Assembly: GCA_965229675.1 (NCBI GenBank)
Contig: OZ245897.1
Span: 1,366,488-1,430,487 of the forward strand
Direction: 5' to 3'
DNA from: Alphaproteobacteria bacterium
GTDB lineage: Bacteria > Pseudomonadota > Alphaproteobacteria > CBDDJK01
Length of the DNA: 64,000 nt
The notes under the pieces: generated by a model
What the model saw: the letters and a program-made list of their open reading frames with translations, nothing else
Told to the model about the DNA's origin: nothing
Databases searched by the model: none
Position numbers and translations under genes: made by a program
In this document: positions 9,975 through 20,594 of the stretch, piece by piece
Layout: each line of letters begins with the position of its first letter
Numbering within the stretch: the stretch's first letter is position 1

Positions 9975-10361
9975 ATGAAGTATCGGTTGAAATTAGTTCA
10001 CTGGCAATTCATCCAAATTATGGATTTGCTGGATCAAGAATTGACGAATATTCCAAAACAAGGAAAGGGAAGCATTGCCGCAAATTTCAAAGACCGTTAT
10101 GAGGAGCAATGGTTGATGCTCCAAGCACGGTTAATTGATGCCTCCAATATAAATTTCAGCCGATTTTCACGCCTTTATTTTGATGAACAGATTTATCTTA
10201 TGTTACAAAATAAGCAAGAATGGGAATTGCTTCATCGCTTGATTACTACCCGCCAAGCACAATTAAAGACTGATCTTGCCGAAAATACAGACCTTAGCCA
10301 AACTGCTTCCCTTTTATTTGAACAACAGGCATTTGAACAATTGCTTGCTGAAATGACCTAA
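9975..10361 (+). CDS. Hypothetical protein (128 aa)
   Basis: ORF only. It lies 16 nt after prpE, and I recognise no family. Confidence 0.35.
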   Translation: MKYRLKLVHWQFIQIMDLLDQELTNIPKQGKGSIAANFKDRYEEQWLMLQARLIDASNINFSRFSRLYFDEQIYLMLQNKQEWELLHRLITTRQAQLKTDLAENTDLSQTASLLFEQQAFEQLLAEMT

Positions 10362-10379
10362 CCATTCAACAGAAATTCT

Positions 10380-12668
10380 TTAATCTGCCCCACGAACAGG
10401 CAAGATTGCATTTGCAGGTGGCCTGAATATCTTTTGCACAAAAAATACGGCTAAAGTAATTCCCCCACCGATTACATCAGAGATTAACCCGCCTTCAATC
10501 ATAAAAAGTGCAGCAATCACAAGCCCTACCCGAAGAAACCAAGCCATTGCCGAACCAACAAACCATCCTTGCATGCCCGAAGATAATAAAAACACACCGA
10601 TAAGCGCCGTTAATCCAGCCCGTCCAATCTCCAGCCAAGTGCCATCCATCAAAAGCGCAGAATTATAAAAAAACATAAATGGCACAATAAAAGCAGCAAT
10701 TCCTATTTTGAATGAAGTAACGGACGTTTCCAATGGATTAGCCCCAGAAATGCCCGCCGCCGAATAAGAAGCTAGGGCAACAGGTGGCGTAATTGCCGAT
10801 AAAACCGCAAAATAAAATACAAAGAAATGTGCCGTTAGCTGGGGAATTCCCAAATCGACCAATCCAGGGGCGACCACTGATGCGGCCACGGCATAGGCGG
10901 CTGTGGTTGGCATTCCCATCCCAAGCAAGATGGCGATGCACATGGCAAAAATTAGGGCAATTAACTGGCTTGCTTCTGCAATATCAAGTAGCATAGCAGA
11001 AAATCTTGCGCCAACCCCTGTCAATGAAATAACGCCAACAATGATCCCTGCACAGGCACAAACGGCGATGATTTGAATGGACATTACCCCTGCAAGCTCA
11101 AAGGCTTTTAATATTTGTTTTATGCCCATACGATAGGGCGTTAGCCATGAAACTACAGCCGCCGCTACTGTTGCTAATGTGCCAGCGCGGATCACCGAAT
11201 AACCCATGAACAACGCAATAATCAGAATTAAAATCGGTAAAAATAGATAGATTTGACGCATTAATTTAGCAAGGCGTGGGATTTCATCATCGCGCATTCC
11301 ACGCATACCAAGCTTTGCCGCCTCAAGATCGACCATAAAATAAACAGAAGTAAAATAAAGAATAGCAGGGATAATGGCCGCAATTGCAATCTCTTGGTAA
11401 GGAATACCTGTGATTTCTGCCATAATAAAGGCACCCGCACCCATGATCGGCGGCATAATTTGCCCGCCTGTTGAGGCCGCCGCTTCAATCGCGCCAGCCG
11501 TTTTCTTTTGATAGCCAACTTTCTTCATCAAAGGGATGGTTAAGGAACCTGTCGCAACAACATTTCCAGCAGAAGTGCCATTGATCATCCCCATCAAGCC
11601 AGAGGCAAAAATTGCAACCTTAGCAGGACCACCGCGCGCGCGCCCTGCCGCCGCAAACGCAAAATTCACAAAATAATCCCCCACTCTAGAAGCCTGTAGA
11701 AACGCCGCAAAGATAATAAATAAAATAATATAGGTCGAAGAAACGGCGGTAGTAGGGCCTAAAATCCCCGCATCTGAATAAACATGGCCAAAGAAGCGTT
11801 GCCAAGAATACGCCCGATTGACCGCCAAAATCCCAGGCAAAAGATGGGCAATAAAAGTATAAAGCAAGAAAATCCCCGCAATTATAACCAATGCCAATCC
11901 TGCTACGCGGCGGGTTAATTCAAGGATCATTGCACAACCAGCTGTTGCCGCGAACGCAATCCCAATCGGCACAAACGGGGTGCCAACTGAATTTCTTGCC
12001 GCTGTTCCATAAACAACGATCAAATAAGCTGCGACTGTAATCGCACAAACGCCTAAAACCATATCTGATATGGCAATGCCATGGCGTGGCACTTTTTCAA
12101 TCCAACCAAGAAGAATTGCACCCAAACTTGCAATCAAAAGGGGGATGCCGAACCATTGAATTTCGGTTTCATAAAGTTCAGTACCTTTGGTTGCCGCCCA
12201 AATCGTTAATCCGCCCATTTGTGGCAAAGTGCCAGAACGAACACTCAGATGAAATTGAAACGCAGTATAAAGTGCAATCAATGCTGGAATGAATAAAGCC
12301 AATCCAAGACGCGAAATTAATGGGGTTGGCTTAACCGCTTCTTCAGAAAAAAGCCGTGCATTAAAAAGCAAAAAACCAAGGATAAGCGCACCTGCAACAT
12401 GCACCATACGAAAATTCCAAGTCTCTAGGGGGAATTCGGGTAAAAAATCAATCGATATACCCGTAATTGCGCTTAATGATAGGCCATTTAGGGCTACCAT
12501 ATGAAAAGCCGCATAGATGGTTGCTAAGATCGTCATGAAACTTAGCAAGCCGCCTTTGAACAAACGGCGATTTTTTTCTATGGGGTCTTCATCCACCCCT
12601 TCGGCCAAGACAATATCTTCTTGATCCGTTGTTTTTACTGGCTCTTGCCCTAGTTTTTCTTTTGGCAT
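10380..12668 (-). CDS. TRAP transporter fused permease subunit (TAXI-type system)
   Basis: A 762-aa polytopic membrane protein directly downstream of a TAXI solute receptor. An AGGAGG RBS lies at 12678-12683. Confidence 0.85.
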   Translation of the reverse strand: MPKEKLGQEPVKTTDQEDIVLAEGVDEDPIEKNRRLFKGGLLSFMTILATIYAAFHMVALNGLSLSAITGISIDFLPEFPLETWNFRMVHVAGALILGFLLFNARLFSEEAVKPTPLISRLGLALFIPALIALYTAFQFHLSVRSGTLPQMGGLTIWAATKGTELYETEIQWFGIPLLIASLGAILLGWIEKVPRHGIAISDMVLGVCAITVAAYLIVVYGTAARNSVGTPFVPIGIAFAATAGCAMILELTRRVAGLALVIIAGIFLLYTFIAHLLPGILAVNRAYSWQRFFGHVYSDAGILGPTTAVSSTYIILFIIFAAFLQASRVGDYFVNFAFAAAGRARGGPAKVAIFASGLMGMINGTSAGNVVATGSLTIPLMKKVGYQKKTAGAIEAAASTGGQIMPPIMGAGAFIMAEITGIPYQEIAIAAIIPAILYFTSVYFMVDLEAAKLGMRGMRDDEIPRLAKLMRQIYLFLPILILIIALFMGYSVIRAGTLATVAAAVVSWLTPYRMGIKQILKAFELAGVMSIQIIAVCACAGIIVGVISLTGVGARFSAMLLDIAEASQLIALIFAMCIAILLGMGMPTTAAYAVAASVVAPGLVDLGIPQLTAHFFVFYFAVLSAITPPVALASYSAAGISGANPLETSVTSFKIGIAAFIVPFMFFYNSALLMDGTWLEIGRAGLTALIGVFLLSSGMQGWFVGSAMAWFLRVGLVIAALFMIEGGLISDVIGGGITLAVFFVQKIFRPPANAILPVRGAD

Positions 12669-12683
12669 TTATTCAATCCTCCT

Positions 12684-12722
12684 AAAAAATAATCGCGCCC
12701 AAGATGGACTTGAACGCGATTA
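12684..12722 (-). terminator. Intercistronic hairpin plus T6 between TAXI receptor and permease genes (probable partial terminator/attenuator)
   Basis: On the minus strand: TAATCGCG-TT-CAAG-TCCAT-CTTG-GG-CGCGATTA followed by TTTTTT, then AGGAGG and the permease ATG. Confidence 0.45.
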
Positions 12723-12760
12723 CTTTAATCCAGTATCAGAATTTAGATCAGCTAAGCGGA

Positions 12761-13750
12761 TTAGCCACCATGGATCATATCGGCGGAAATGCTTGCACCT
12801 GCATTTTCATTAAACCAGCGCGCCGCCCCTGGATGCCAATCCAGAACGCCATTTTTGTCCCAATTTTGAGGTAGAGTGGAACGCGCCGCCTTATGAATAC
12901 CAACCATACGCGCATTATCGGACATGATGACATCAACAACTGCGTAAACCAAGCTTTCTGGTAAATCACAATTAGCAATCGCAAAATTCCACATGGATAC
13001 AGAACGCGCAGGAGCCTTTAAGGTTGTATAGCTATCAGCCGCAATTTCAAATTTCGAAACTGGGAAAGCGTCCAAAATGGTTGCTTGTTCAGCTTCGGTA
13101 AATTCAATGATATTGATATCCGTTTGCACTTCTAGTTGAGAGACGGCAGGAACAGGAACACCAGCAGCAAACGCAATCACGTCCAAAAGTCCATCTTGCA
13201 ATTGACCGCCAAGGTCTGTCCATCCACCATTGCGGCGTTCAAAATCAACACCTAATGTTTCCATCATGCGCGGAAAATAAGTATCGGAAGTTGAACCCGC
13301 AGGGCCATAACCAATTTTTGCACCCGCAGGAATATCAGCAACTGAAGAAATTCCAGAAGACGATAAGGTCGTAATTGAAAAAGGTGTTTGATACATTGGG
13401 AACATTGCACAAGCATTTGTCATAGCAAGGCCAGGGGCAATTGGATTTGTGCCGCCAAGCGATTCAGCCGCAGGACCCATTGTCGTCATTCCAAATTCAG
13501 CTTCACCCGTGTGAACCAATGCCATATTTTGCATGGGGCCACCTGTGACTTCTGCGCCACCTGAAATGCCAAGTTCATCGGCCACAAGATTTGCCCAACC
13601 AGAACCATAGGCAAAATAAGTACCCCCTTGTGATGCGGTGCCAAGCGTGAAGCTATCAGGCCACCCCGTACGATCCATATGACCATCAGCAATGGCCGCA
13701 CCTGCACCGATGAAAAGTGACATTGCGCCAACAAATAAACCTTTATACAT
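12761..13750 (-). CDS. TAXI family TRAP transporter solute-binding subunit
   Basis: N-terminal signal peptide, GTASQGGTYFAYGSGWANL motif, 329 aa. Confidence 0.85.
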   Translation of the reverse strand: MYKGLFVGAMSLFIGAGAAIADGHMDRTGWPDSFTLGTASQGGTYFAYGSGWANLVADELGISGGAEVTGGPMQNMALVHTGEAEFGMTTMGPAAESLGGTNPIAPGLAMTNACAMFPMYQTPFSITTLSSSGISSVADIPAGAKIGYGPAGSTSDTYFPRMMETLGVDFERRNGGWTDLGGQLQDGLLDVIAFAAGVPVPAVSQLEVQTDINIIEFTEAEQATILDAFPVSKFEIAADSYTTLKAPARSVSMWNFAIANCDLPESLVYAVVDVIMSDNARMVGIHKAARSTLPQNWDKNGVLDWHPGAARWFNENAGASISADMIHGG

Positions 13751-13900
13751 TTTCTCACTCCTTATTATTTAAACTTACCATTTAACAATATGATTTTATT
13801 TTGATACGCTCTCTCATAAAAAATCAATATCTTGTATAACACTCTCTTCTATCTTAAATCAATATCAAAATATTAAAGCGTTTATAATTACCTATATCCT

Positions 13901-15928
13901 TTATGAAAAATGGTATGGGTCGATGTCGATTCTTAATTTTATGGAAGAGGGGAGTTTGCTCCGATTAAGCCAGTCCCTTATTGCGTTTTGAATTGGAAAT
14001 TTGCGAGGAGCTTTTACCAAAAACAAACGGCGATGATGGTTTTTTAAGCGTGCAAGATGGGGGGTTGCAGGGCCAAATATGGTTAAATCATCTTGGGTCG
14101 GAATATGCTGCGCTAATTGAATTGCCATTTTATCAAGAATTGGTTCTTGTTTCGCAATTAAATGAATTAACGCACAACGGACAAAAGGCGGCCATAGATA
14201 ATTGCGGCGATTGGCTTCCTCGGCATCATAAAATTGATCGGCATCACCACTGATTAAGGCTTGCATAACCATCGCATCAGGCTGTGCGGTTTGTAAATAA
14301 GCAGCCCCTGCCAATTGCGCCCGTCCAGCGCGTCCAGCCACTTGGTTCATTAATTGATAACAACGCTCCCCCGCACGCAAATCACCGCCTTGTAACCCAA
14401 GATCAGCATCAATCACACCAACTAAGGTTAGGTTTGGAAAATGATAGCCTTTGGCAATAATCTGTGTGCCAATGATTAAATCAACCTCGTTATTTTGGAC
14501 TTGTGTCAAAAATTGTTGTGCCGAATTGGCGTGGCTTAATGTTTCCGAAGAAGCAAGCGTAATTCGCACATCAGGAAATAATTGCTTTGCTTCCTCATGC
14601 AGGCGTTCAATGCCAGGGCCACAGGCGGCCAAATGTTCGGTTTCTTGACATTGCGGACAATGGTTTGGTGCAGGTTGACGAATCCCACAATGATGGCAGG
14701 CAAGATACGGTTTTCCATGCGGACGATGCGTAACCAGCCATGCGGTGCAATCAGGGCAGGCAAAACGATGACCACAATTACGACAAAGCAATAAAGGGGC
14801 ATAGCCACGGCGGTTAAGAAATAGCATTGCTTGCTGTTTCTTTTCAAAACAATGGATTAACGCTTGCTGTAAAGGCGGGGTAATAAAGCATTCAGCAGGT
14901 AATTTATGGCGTTTAATATCAATCAGATTTAAGGCGGGTAATTGTGCGCTTCCGTGGCGTTTGGGTAAAAGATGATGGTGATATTTCCCTTGTTTGGCAT
15001 TGATTCTTGTCTCCAACGCTGGGGTTGCACTGGCAAGCAAGGCTGGAATATCAGCAAATTTTGCGCGCATAATTGCCATATCCCGCGCATGATAACTTAC
15101 GCCCTCACTTTGTTTATAAGAAGAGTCATGTTCTTCATCAATGACAATGCAGGCTAGCTCGTGAAATGGTAGGAATAATGCTGAGCGTGCGCCAATCACC
15201 GCCTGCACCTTATTACGGGCGATGGCAAGCCAAGTTTCACGGCGTTGCTGCGGGGTTAAATCAGAATGCCAAACCGCAGGCGCACATCCAAAGCGTTCAC
15301 GAAAGCGATCAATAAATTGCCCCGATAGCGCAATTTCAGGTAATAACATTAAGGCTTGTTTTCCAAGTCTTAAAGCCGCAGCAACCGCATCAAAATAAAC
15401 TTCTGTCTTTCCCGAACCTGTTACCCCTTCAATTAAATGGGTGGAAAAACCCCCTTTGCAAACTTCAGCAGATATAATTTCTGCGGTTTTTTGCTGATCT
15501 GGTGATAGGGTTGGCGGCGCATGATCGGGATTAGCCATTTCAAAATGAAGTGGGCGGGCTTGTTTATTGGGCTTAATCTTACGAAAAAAACCATTGCTTC
15601 CAGCCATACTGCTTAATGCCATTTTGGCAATCATCCCTTGCGGGGTCATGGTATAGCCTGCCATCCATTCCATAAACGCTAACTGATGTGAAGGCATGGC
15701 AGGAATTGCCAATTCTTCGCAGTAATTTTGTGATATTGCCTTAATTTGATGATCTGCAAGGTTAAAATCAGGAGGAGAGGATACGACAATCCCATCTGCT
15801 TTGCCACGCCCAAACGGAACTTCAACATAAGCACCAATTAAATGGTCAACAGGCGTATCCTCAACCGAATAGGTATAGATTGGCTGTTCTGCACCAGTTG
15901 CTACCAGCACAGAAAGACGGGATTTCAT
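13901..15928 (-). CDS. priA: Primosomal protein N' (replication restart helicase)
   Basis: Walker A GVTGSGKTEVY, DEEHD box and Cys-rich zinc region CRNCGHRFACPDC...CHHCG...CPQC. Confidence 0.9.
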   Translation of the reverse strand: MKSRLSVLVATGAEQPIYTYSVEDTPVDHLIGAYVEVPFGRGKADGIVVSSPPDFNLADHQIKAISQNYCEELAIPAMPSHQLAFMEWMAGYTMTPQGMIAKMALSSMAGSNGFFRKIKPNKQARPLHFEMANPDHAPPTLSPDQQKTAEIISAEVCKGGFSTHLIEGVTGSGKTEVYFDAVAAALRLGKQALMLLPEIALSGQFIDRFRERFGCAPAVWHSDLTPQQRRETWLAIARNKVQAVIGARSALFLPFHELACIVIDEEHDSSYKQSEGVSYHARDMAIMRAKFADIPALLASATPALETRINAKQGKYHHHLLPKRHGSAQLPALNLIDIKRHKLPAECFITPPLQQALIHCFEKKQQAMLFLNRRGYAPLLLCRNCGHRFACPDCTAWLVTHRPHGKPYLACHHCGIRQPAPNHCPQCQETEHLAACGPGIERLHEEAKQLFPDVRITLASSETLSHANSAQQFLTQVQNNEVDLIIGTQIIAKGYHFPNLTLVGVIDADLGLQGGDLRAGERCYQLMNQVAGRAGRAQLAGAAYLQTAQPDAMVMQALISGDADQFYDAEEANRRNYLWPPFVRCALIHLIAKQEPILDKMAIQLAQHIPTQDDLTIFGPATPHLARLKNHHRRLFLVKAPRKFPIQNAIRDWLNRSKLPSSIKLRIDIDPYHFS

Positions 15929-15961
15929 CTTTTGCTGCGGTGTGGATGAAATTCTTTAATC

Positions 15962-17419
15962 TTACTCAGCAGGTTCAAGCGATAAAACAATAAAACGCCC
16001 CCCTGCCTTGCCCACGATCTGTAATAATATAGAATTACGATTAGCAGCAAGTGCGGCTTCCACATGGCGTTCAACTTTTGCATAAGAATCGACTTGTATC
16101 TGATTGATGCTACGGATTGCATCGCCAACAATAATTCCTTTTTGTGCCGCATCAGATTCTGGTTCCACCTCGATAATAACCACACCTGCAGCCGTTTGTG
16201 GCAAATCGAATTGTTGGCGTTCCCGTTCCCCAATATCACGAACTTTCATCCCAAGTGCGCGTTCAAACCCTGCGAATTGATTGCTAGGATTTTGATTGGA
16301 TTTTGTGGGATTATTCTCGGCAAGGTCGGCATGTTCCAACCGCCCAAGGGTTACCTCAACTTCAATCTGCTTGCCTTCACGAATTAAGCTTAAAGTAACG
16401 GTTTTTCCAACTTCAGTATCTGCAATCATGCGTGATAATTCGCGTGAACCCTCGATTTTTACACCATCAACTTCAAGGATAAGGTCACCTGCAATCAATC
16501 CTGCTTTACTGGCTGGGCTATTAGGCATCACATCATTGACCAATGTTCCTGTTGTGCCTTCGGGAAGCCCCAAAGTTTCAACAATTTCATCGCTGATGGA
16601 TATGATTGACACCCCAAGCCAGCCACGACGGGTTGAGCCAAATTCTTCAAGCTGTTCCAATACTGCTATCGCTTGATTAGAAGGGATGGAAAACCCAATA
16701 CCAATAGACCCCCCATTGGAGGAGAAAATTGCGGTATTAATCCCAATCACCTCACCTTGCATATTAAATAAAGGCCCGCCAGAATTGCCAGGATTAATTG
16801 GCGCATCCGTTTGAATAAAATCATCATAAGGCCCAGCCCCAAGATCACGCCCACGCGCTGAAACAATACCAGCCGTTACCGTTCCCCCTAACCCATGAGG
16901 ATTACCAATTGCCACGACCCAATCGCCGATTCGTGCGGCATCTGAATTGCCAAATTCAACTTGTGGCAAGGATTTTGGCACCTCAATTTTTAACAAGGCA
17001 AGATCGGTTCTTGAATCTGTTCCCAAAATTTCAGCAGGAAAACTTTGATCATCAGCCAAGATAACTTGAATTTCAGAAGCATCCGCAACCACATGATTAT
17101 TGGTGACAATTAAGCCCTTTTCGCCATCGATAATGAACCCTGAACCCAAGCTTTGGCGTTCTTGTGATCCGTTTGGCATCCCTTCAAAACGATCAAAAAA
17201 TCGCTCAAATGGGCTACCAGGTGGAAAAGGAGAGGGTGGGGTTTGGCGTTCAACCACCATGGTAGTTGCAATGTTAACAACAGCAGGCGCAAGCTTTTCA
17301 ACTAAATCTGCAAATCCGTTGGGCGTTCCACGCGCTTCCAAGTTGGTTGGGAATGCGAATAAGAACGCATTTAAGATCAAAACAATAATACCATTTCGCC
17401 AAACTACCGCTTGCTTCAT
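15962..17419 (-). CDS. htrA: Do/DegP/HtrA family periplasmic serine endoprotease
   Basis: Signal peptide, catalytic GNSGGPL, two PDZ-like C-terminal regions, 485 aa. Confidence 0.9.
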   Translation of the reverse strand: MKQAVVWRNGIIVLILNAFLFAFPTNLEARGTPNGFADLVEKLAPAVVNIATTMVVERQTPPSPFPPGSPFERFFDRFEGMPNGSQERQSLGSGFIIDGEKGLIVTNNHVVADASEIQVILADDQSFPAEILGTDSRTDLALLKIEVPKSLPQVEFGNSDAARIGDWVVAIGNPHGLGGTVTAGIVSARGRDLGAGPYDDFIQTDAPINPGNSGGPLFNMQGEVIGINTAIFSSNGGSIGIGFSIPSNQAIAVLEQLEEFGSTRRGWLGVSIISISDEIVETLGLPEGTTGTLVNDVMPNSPASKAGLIAGDLILEVDGVKIEGSRELSRMIADTEVGKTVTLSLIREGKQIEVEVTLGRLEHADLAENNPTKSNQNPSNQFAGFERALGMKVRDIGERERQQFDLPQTAAGVVIIEVEPESDAAQKGIIVGDAIRSINQIQVDSYAKVERHVEAALAANRNSILLQIVGKAGGRFIVLSLEPAE

Positions 17420-17599
17420 CCGCTTTGCTCCTTTTAATGATTAAGGCTTAGTTTCATTATCTGCTTTTATATTTAAAGTTAGTCCTATTTAAAAGCAACA
17501 AGCCAAAGGCAAATATTTTAAATTTATGCATCACTTGCGCATGTTCGTTCCTGTATCTATAATTAAATGGGAGTAGATTTTACACAACTTAGGACAAAT

Positions 17600-19687
17600 A
17601 TGGATCATTCTATCATTAGGCTTGGTGTTGATGTTGGTGGAACCTTTACCGATATTGTAATTGAAGGGGATGATTTTCAATATTCCACGAAGATTTTAAC
17701 AACCCATGACGCACCAGAAAATGCAATTATGGATGGGATGCGTAAAGTTTGTGCCGATCATAACCTTACGCCTGAAAATATTGGACAAGTCATTCATGGT
17801 ACCACCCTTGCCACCAACGCGTTGATTGAACGCAAAGGGGCAAAGACTGCTTTAATAACGACCAAAGGCTTTCGTGATGTCATAGAGATGCGGACAGAAA
17901 GTCGTTTTGAACAATATGATTTAAACTTGCAACTGCCTGATCCTTTATTATCGCGGCAACATCGCTATACGATTGAAGAGCGCATGGACGCAACAGGTTC
18001 TGTGTTAATCCCACTTAATCTTGATGAAGTTGCAAGGCTTGGTGATCAGCTTGCGAATGAAGGCTATGAAAGCATTGCAATCGGCCTTTTACATGCTTAT
18101 GCGAATCCAACGCATGAACAAAAAATTCGTGATATTTTAACGAAAAAATTACCCAATGTTGAATGGTCGTTGAGCTGTGAAGTCTCCCCCCAAATGCGTG
18201 AATATGAGCGTTTTTCAACAACGATTGCTAATGCTTATATCAAGCCCATTATGGCAAGTTATTTATTAAGGTTACAAGATCGAATGGCACAAGAGGGGGT
18301 AAATTGCCCAATCTTTATGATGCATTCTGGCGGTGGTATTTTATCGCTTGAAAGTGCGGCTAAATTTCCAGTACGACTGGTTGAATCAGGTCCTGCAGGC
18401 GGGGCTATTTTTGCAGCTGAGCTTGCGAAACGATATGGACTAAACAAGGTTTTATCCTTTGATATGGGGGGGACAACCGCAAAGATTTGTATGATACGGG
18501 ATCAGTCTCCAAAAACTGCGCGTGTGTTTGAGGTTGCGCGATCCTATCGTTTTAAAAAAGGGTCAGGAATGCCCATTTCAATTCCTGTGATTGATATGGT
18601 TGAAATTGGTGCAGGTGGCGGTTCATTAGCTCATATTGATGCGATGAAACAAATTCGCGTTGGCCCTGAAAGTGCTGGTTCTATGCCAGGGCCTGCTTGT
18701 TATGGGCGTGGTGGCACAAAGCCCGCCGTCACTGATGCTGATCTTGTGCTTGGTAAATTAGATCCCGATGCGTTTGCAGGTGGGTTAATCAATTTGAATT
18801 TAGATCAAGCAAAGCAAGCTCTTGATAGCCATATTGGAAATACATTATCGATGGATAGCACAAAGGCGGCTTGGGGCGTTGCAGAAGTAGTTGACGAAAC
18901 AATGGCCAATGCTGCCAGGGTTCATGCGGTTGAAAATGGGGAAGATTTAGCAGGCTATACGATGATAGCATTTGGGGGTGCAGCCCCGTTGCATGCGGCG
19001 CGTCTTTGTCAAAAGCTTGGTATTCAGCGTTGTTTAATTCCAGTTGGTGCGGGCGTTGGCTCAGCGATAGGATTTTTACGCGCCCCCTTTAGCTTTGAAG
19101 CAAGCCGTTCTGTATTTATGCGGATGAAAGATTTTGATATAGAAAAGGTAAAACAATTATTTAAGGAAATGACCGAAGAAGCTGAAGGGTTCGTTCGCCA
19201 ATGTAACCTTCCCCCTTCTTTCAACACAAAGATCAATTCGGATTATAAGCTTTATATGCGCTATGCGGGGCAAGGATGGGAAATCCCAGTAAGCCTAACC
19301 AGTAAGCAGGCACAAACCCCAAACCCTGATGATTATTTATCTTTATTTGAAGCAGAATATAAACGGCTATTTGGGCGTTCTGTTGATGGAATGGCAGTTG
19401 AAATTGTAATCTGGTCAGTTAATGCATCATCAAAGAGCGCGCCGCCAATACCTGCCAAACCCATAGAAGCAACAATCCCTGCACCAATAGAGAATGAACG
19501 CGATTTATTCGATCCTGAATCAGGTGAATTTTTAACGGCATCTGTTATAAAGCGCGAAACGCTTGAAACAGGTATGATGGCAAAAGGCCCTGCTTTAATT
19601 ACAGAAGAGGAAACCACCCTTATTGTATCACGAGGTTTTAATGCAATCGCCCAAGCTGATGGTACATTAGATTTAAACCTTAACTAA
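17600..19687 (+). CDS. Hydantoinase/oxoprolinase family protein (HyuA-like)
   Basis: N-terminal RLGVDVGGTFTD. I prefer the ATG at 17600, which is preceded by AGGA, over the track start at 17567. Confidence 0.8.
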   Translation: MDHSIIRLGVDVGGTFTDIVIEGDDFQYSTKILTTHDAPENAIMDGMRKVCADHNLTPENIGQVIHGTTLATNALIERKGAKTALITTKGFRDVIEMRTESRFEQYDLNLQLPDPLLSRQHRYTIEERMDATGSVLIPLNLDEVARLGDQLANEGYESIAIGLLHAYANPTHEQKIRDILTKKLPNVEWSLSCEVSPQMREYERFSTTIANAYIKPIMASYLLRLQDRMAQEGVNCPIFMMHSGGGILSLESAAKFPVRLVESGPAGGAIFAAELAKRYGLNKVLSFDMGGTTAKICMIRDQSPKTARVFEVARSYRFKKGSGMPISIPVIDMVEIGAGGGSLAHIDAMKQIRVGPESAGSMPGPACYGRGGTKPAVTDADLVLGKLDPDAFAGGLINLNLDQAKQALDSHIGNTLSMDSTKAAWGVAEVVDETMANAARVHAVENGEDLAGYTMIAFGGAAPLHAARLCQKLGIQRCLIPVGAGVGSAIGFLRAPFSFEASRSVFMRMKDFDIEKVKQLFKEMTEEAEGFVRQCNLPPSFNTKINSDYKLYMRYAGQGWEIPVSLTSKQAQTPNPDDYLSLFEAEYKRLFGRSVDGMAVEIVIWSVNASSKSAPPIPAKPIEATIPAPIENERDLFDPESGEFLTASVIKRETLETGMMAKGPALITEEETTLIVSRGFNAIAQADGTLDLNLN

Positions 19688-19694
19688 CGCATAT

Positions 19695-20594
19695 TTAAAG
19701 GGATTGACCGTAGCGTCCTGCAAGGTCTTGTATAAATTGATAGGCAACACGGCCAGAACGTGCGCCCCTTGCCATCGCCCATTGTAAGGCTTGTTCTTGC
19801 CAGCTATCGGCCTCAACAGGAATTGAAAAGGCTTTTATATAAGCTGCAATAATTTCTAAATATTGGGTTTGGTCATAATGATGGAAGCCAATCCATAATC
19901 CAAACCGATCAGATAAAGAGATTTTTTCTTCACCAGATTCAGCGGGATGGATTGCACTGCCTGCTTCATTTTCATCCATTGACCGTGCCAATAAATGGCG
20001 GCGGTTGGAGGTTGCATAAAATAAGACATTTGATGGCTTGCCCTCTATGCCGCCTTCAAGCACTGCTTTTAAAGATTTATAACGATTATCGCCATCTTCA
20101 AAACTTAAATCATCACAAAATAAAAAGAATTGCCGTGTTTCATTGTGGCGAAGATAATTTAATAAATCGCCTAGGCTTTCAATTTCTTCACGATGAACTT
20201 CAATTAAGGCAATCTTTCCTTTAAATTCAGTTAATAATGCTTGAAATACGGCTTTAACCAAAGAGCTTTTGCCCGTTCCCCTCGCGCCCCATAACAAAGC
20301 ATTATTTGCGGCGTGACCTTTGGCAAATTGCAGGCTATTTTGCCATAATTGATTTTTTTGTGAATCTAAGCCTTGTAATAAATCAAATGGTACTGCATTT
20401 AGTTGGCTAACTGGGCGAAATAAAGAAATATCTTTAGGGGTCCAAACAAACGCATCCACAGTAGAATCGTTTAAATTGATATTTGATACATTCTCTGGAT
20501 TAGCCGATCTGCTGGCGACAAGCTGTTCTAGCGCATCTGCAATTCGGTTAAGCGCATGATCCTCCATTATATTTTTACTGATTGGGTTTGACAA
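19695..20594 (-). CDS. DUF815-type AAA ATPase
   Basis: P-loop LWGARGTGKSSLVKA and Walker B FLFCDDLSF, about 300 aa. Confidence 0.7.
   Translation of the reverse strand: MSNPISKNIMEDHALNRIADALEQLVASRSANPENVSNINLNDSTVDAFVWTPKDISLFRPVSQLNAVPFDLLQGLDSQKNQLWQNSLQFAKGHAANNALLWGARGTGKSSLVKAVFQALLTEFKGKIALIEVHREEIESLGDLLNYLRHNETRQFFLFCDDLSFEDGDNRYKSLKAVLEGGIEGKPSNVLFYATSNRRHLLARSMDENEAGSAIHPAESGEEKISLSDRFGLWIGFHHYDQTQYLEIIAAYIKAFSIPVEADSWQEQALQWAMARGARSGRVAYQFIQDLAGRYGQSL

Noticed and set aside
13821-13866. An 11-bp direct repeat AAATCAATATC (13821-13831 and 13856-13866) upstream of the TAXI-TRAP operon.
   Set aside because: The sequence is very AT-rich and of low complexity, in an AT-rich spacer. 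Chance recurrence is plausible and there is no dyad symmetry. It is kept only as a note.
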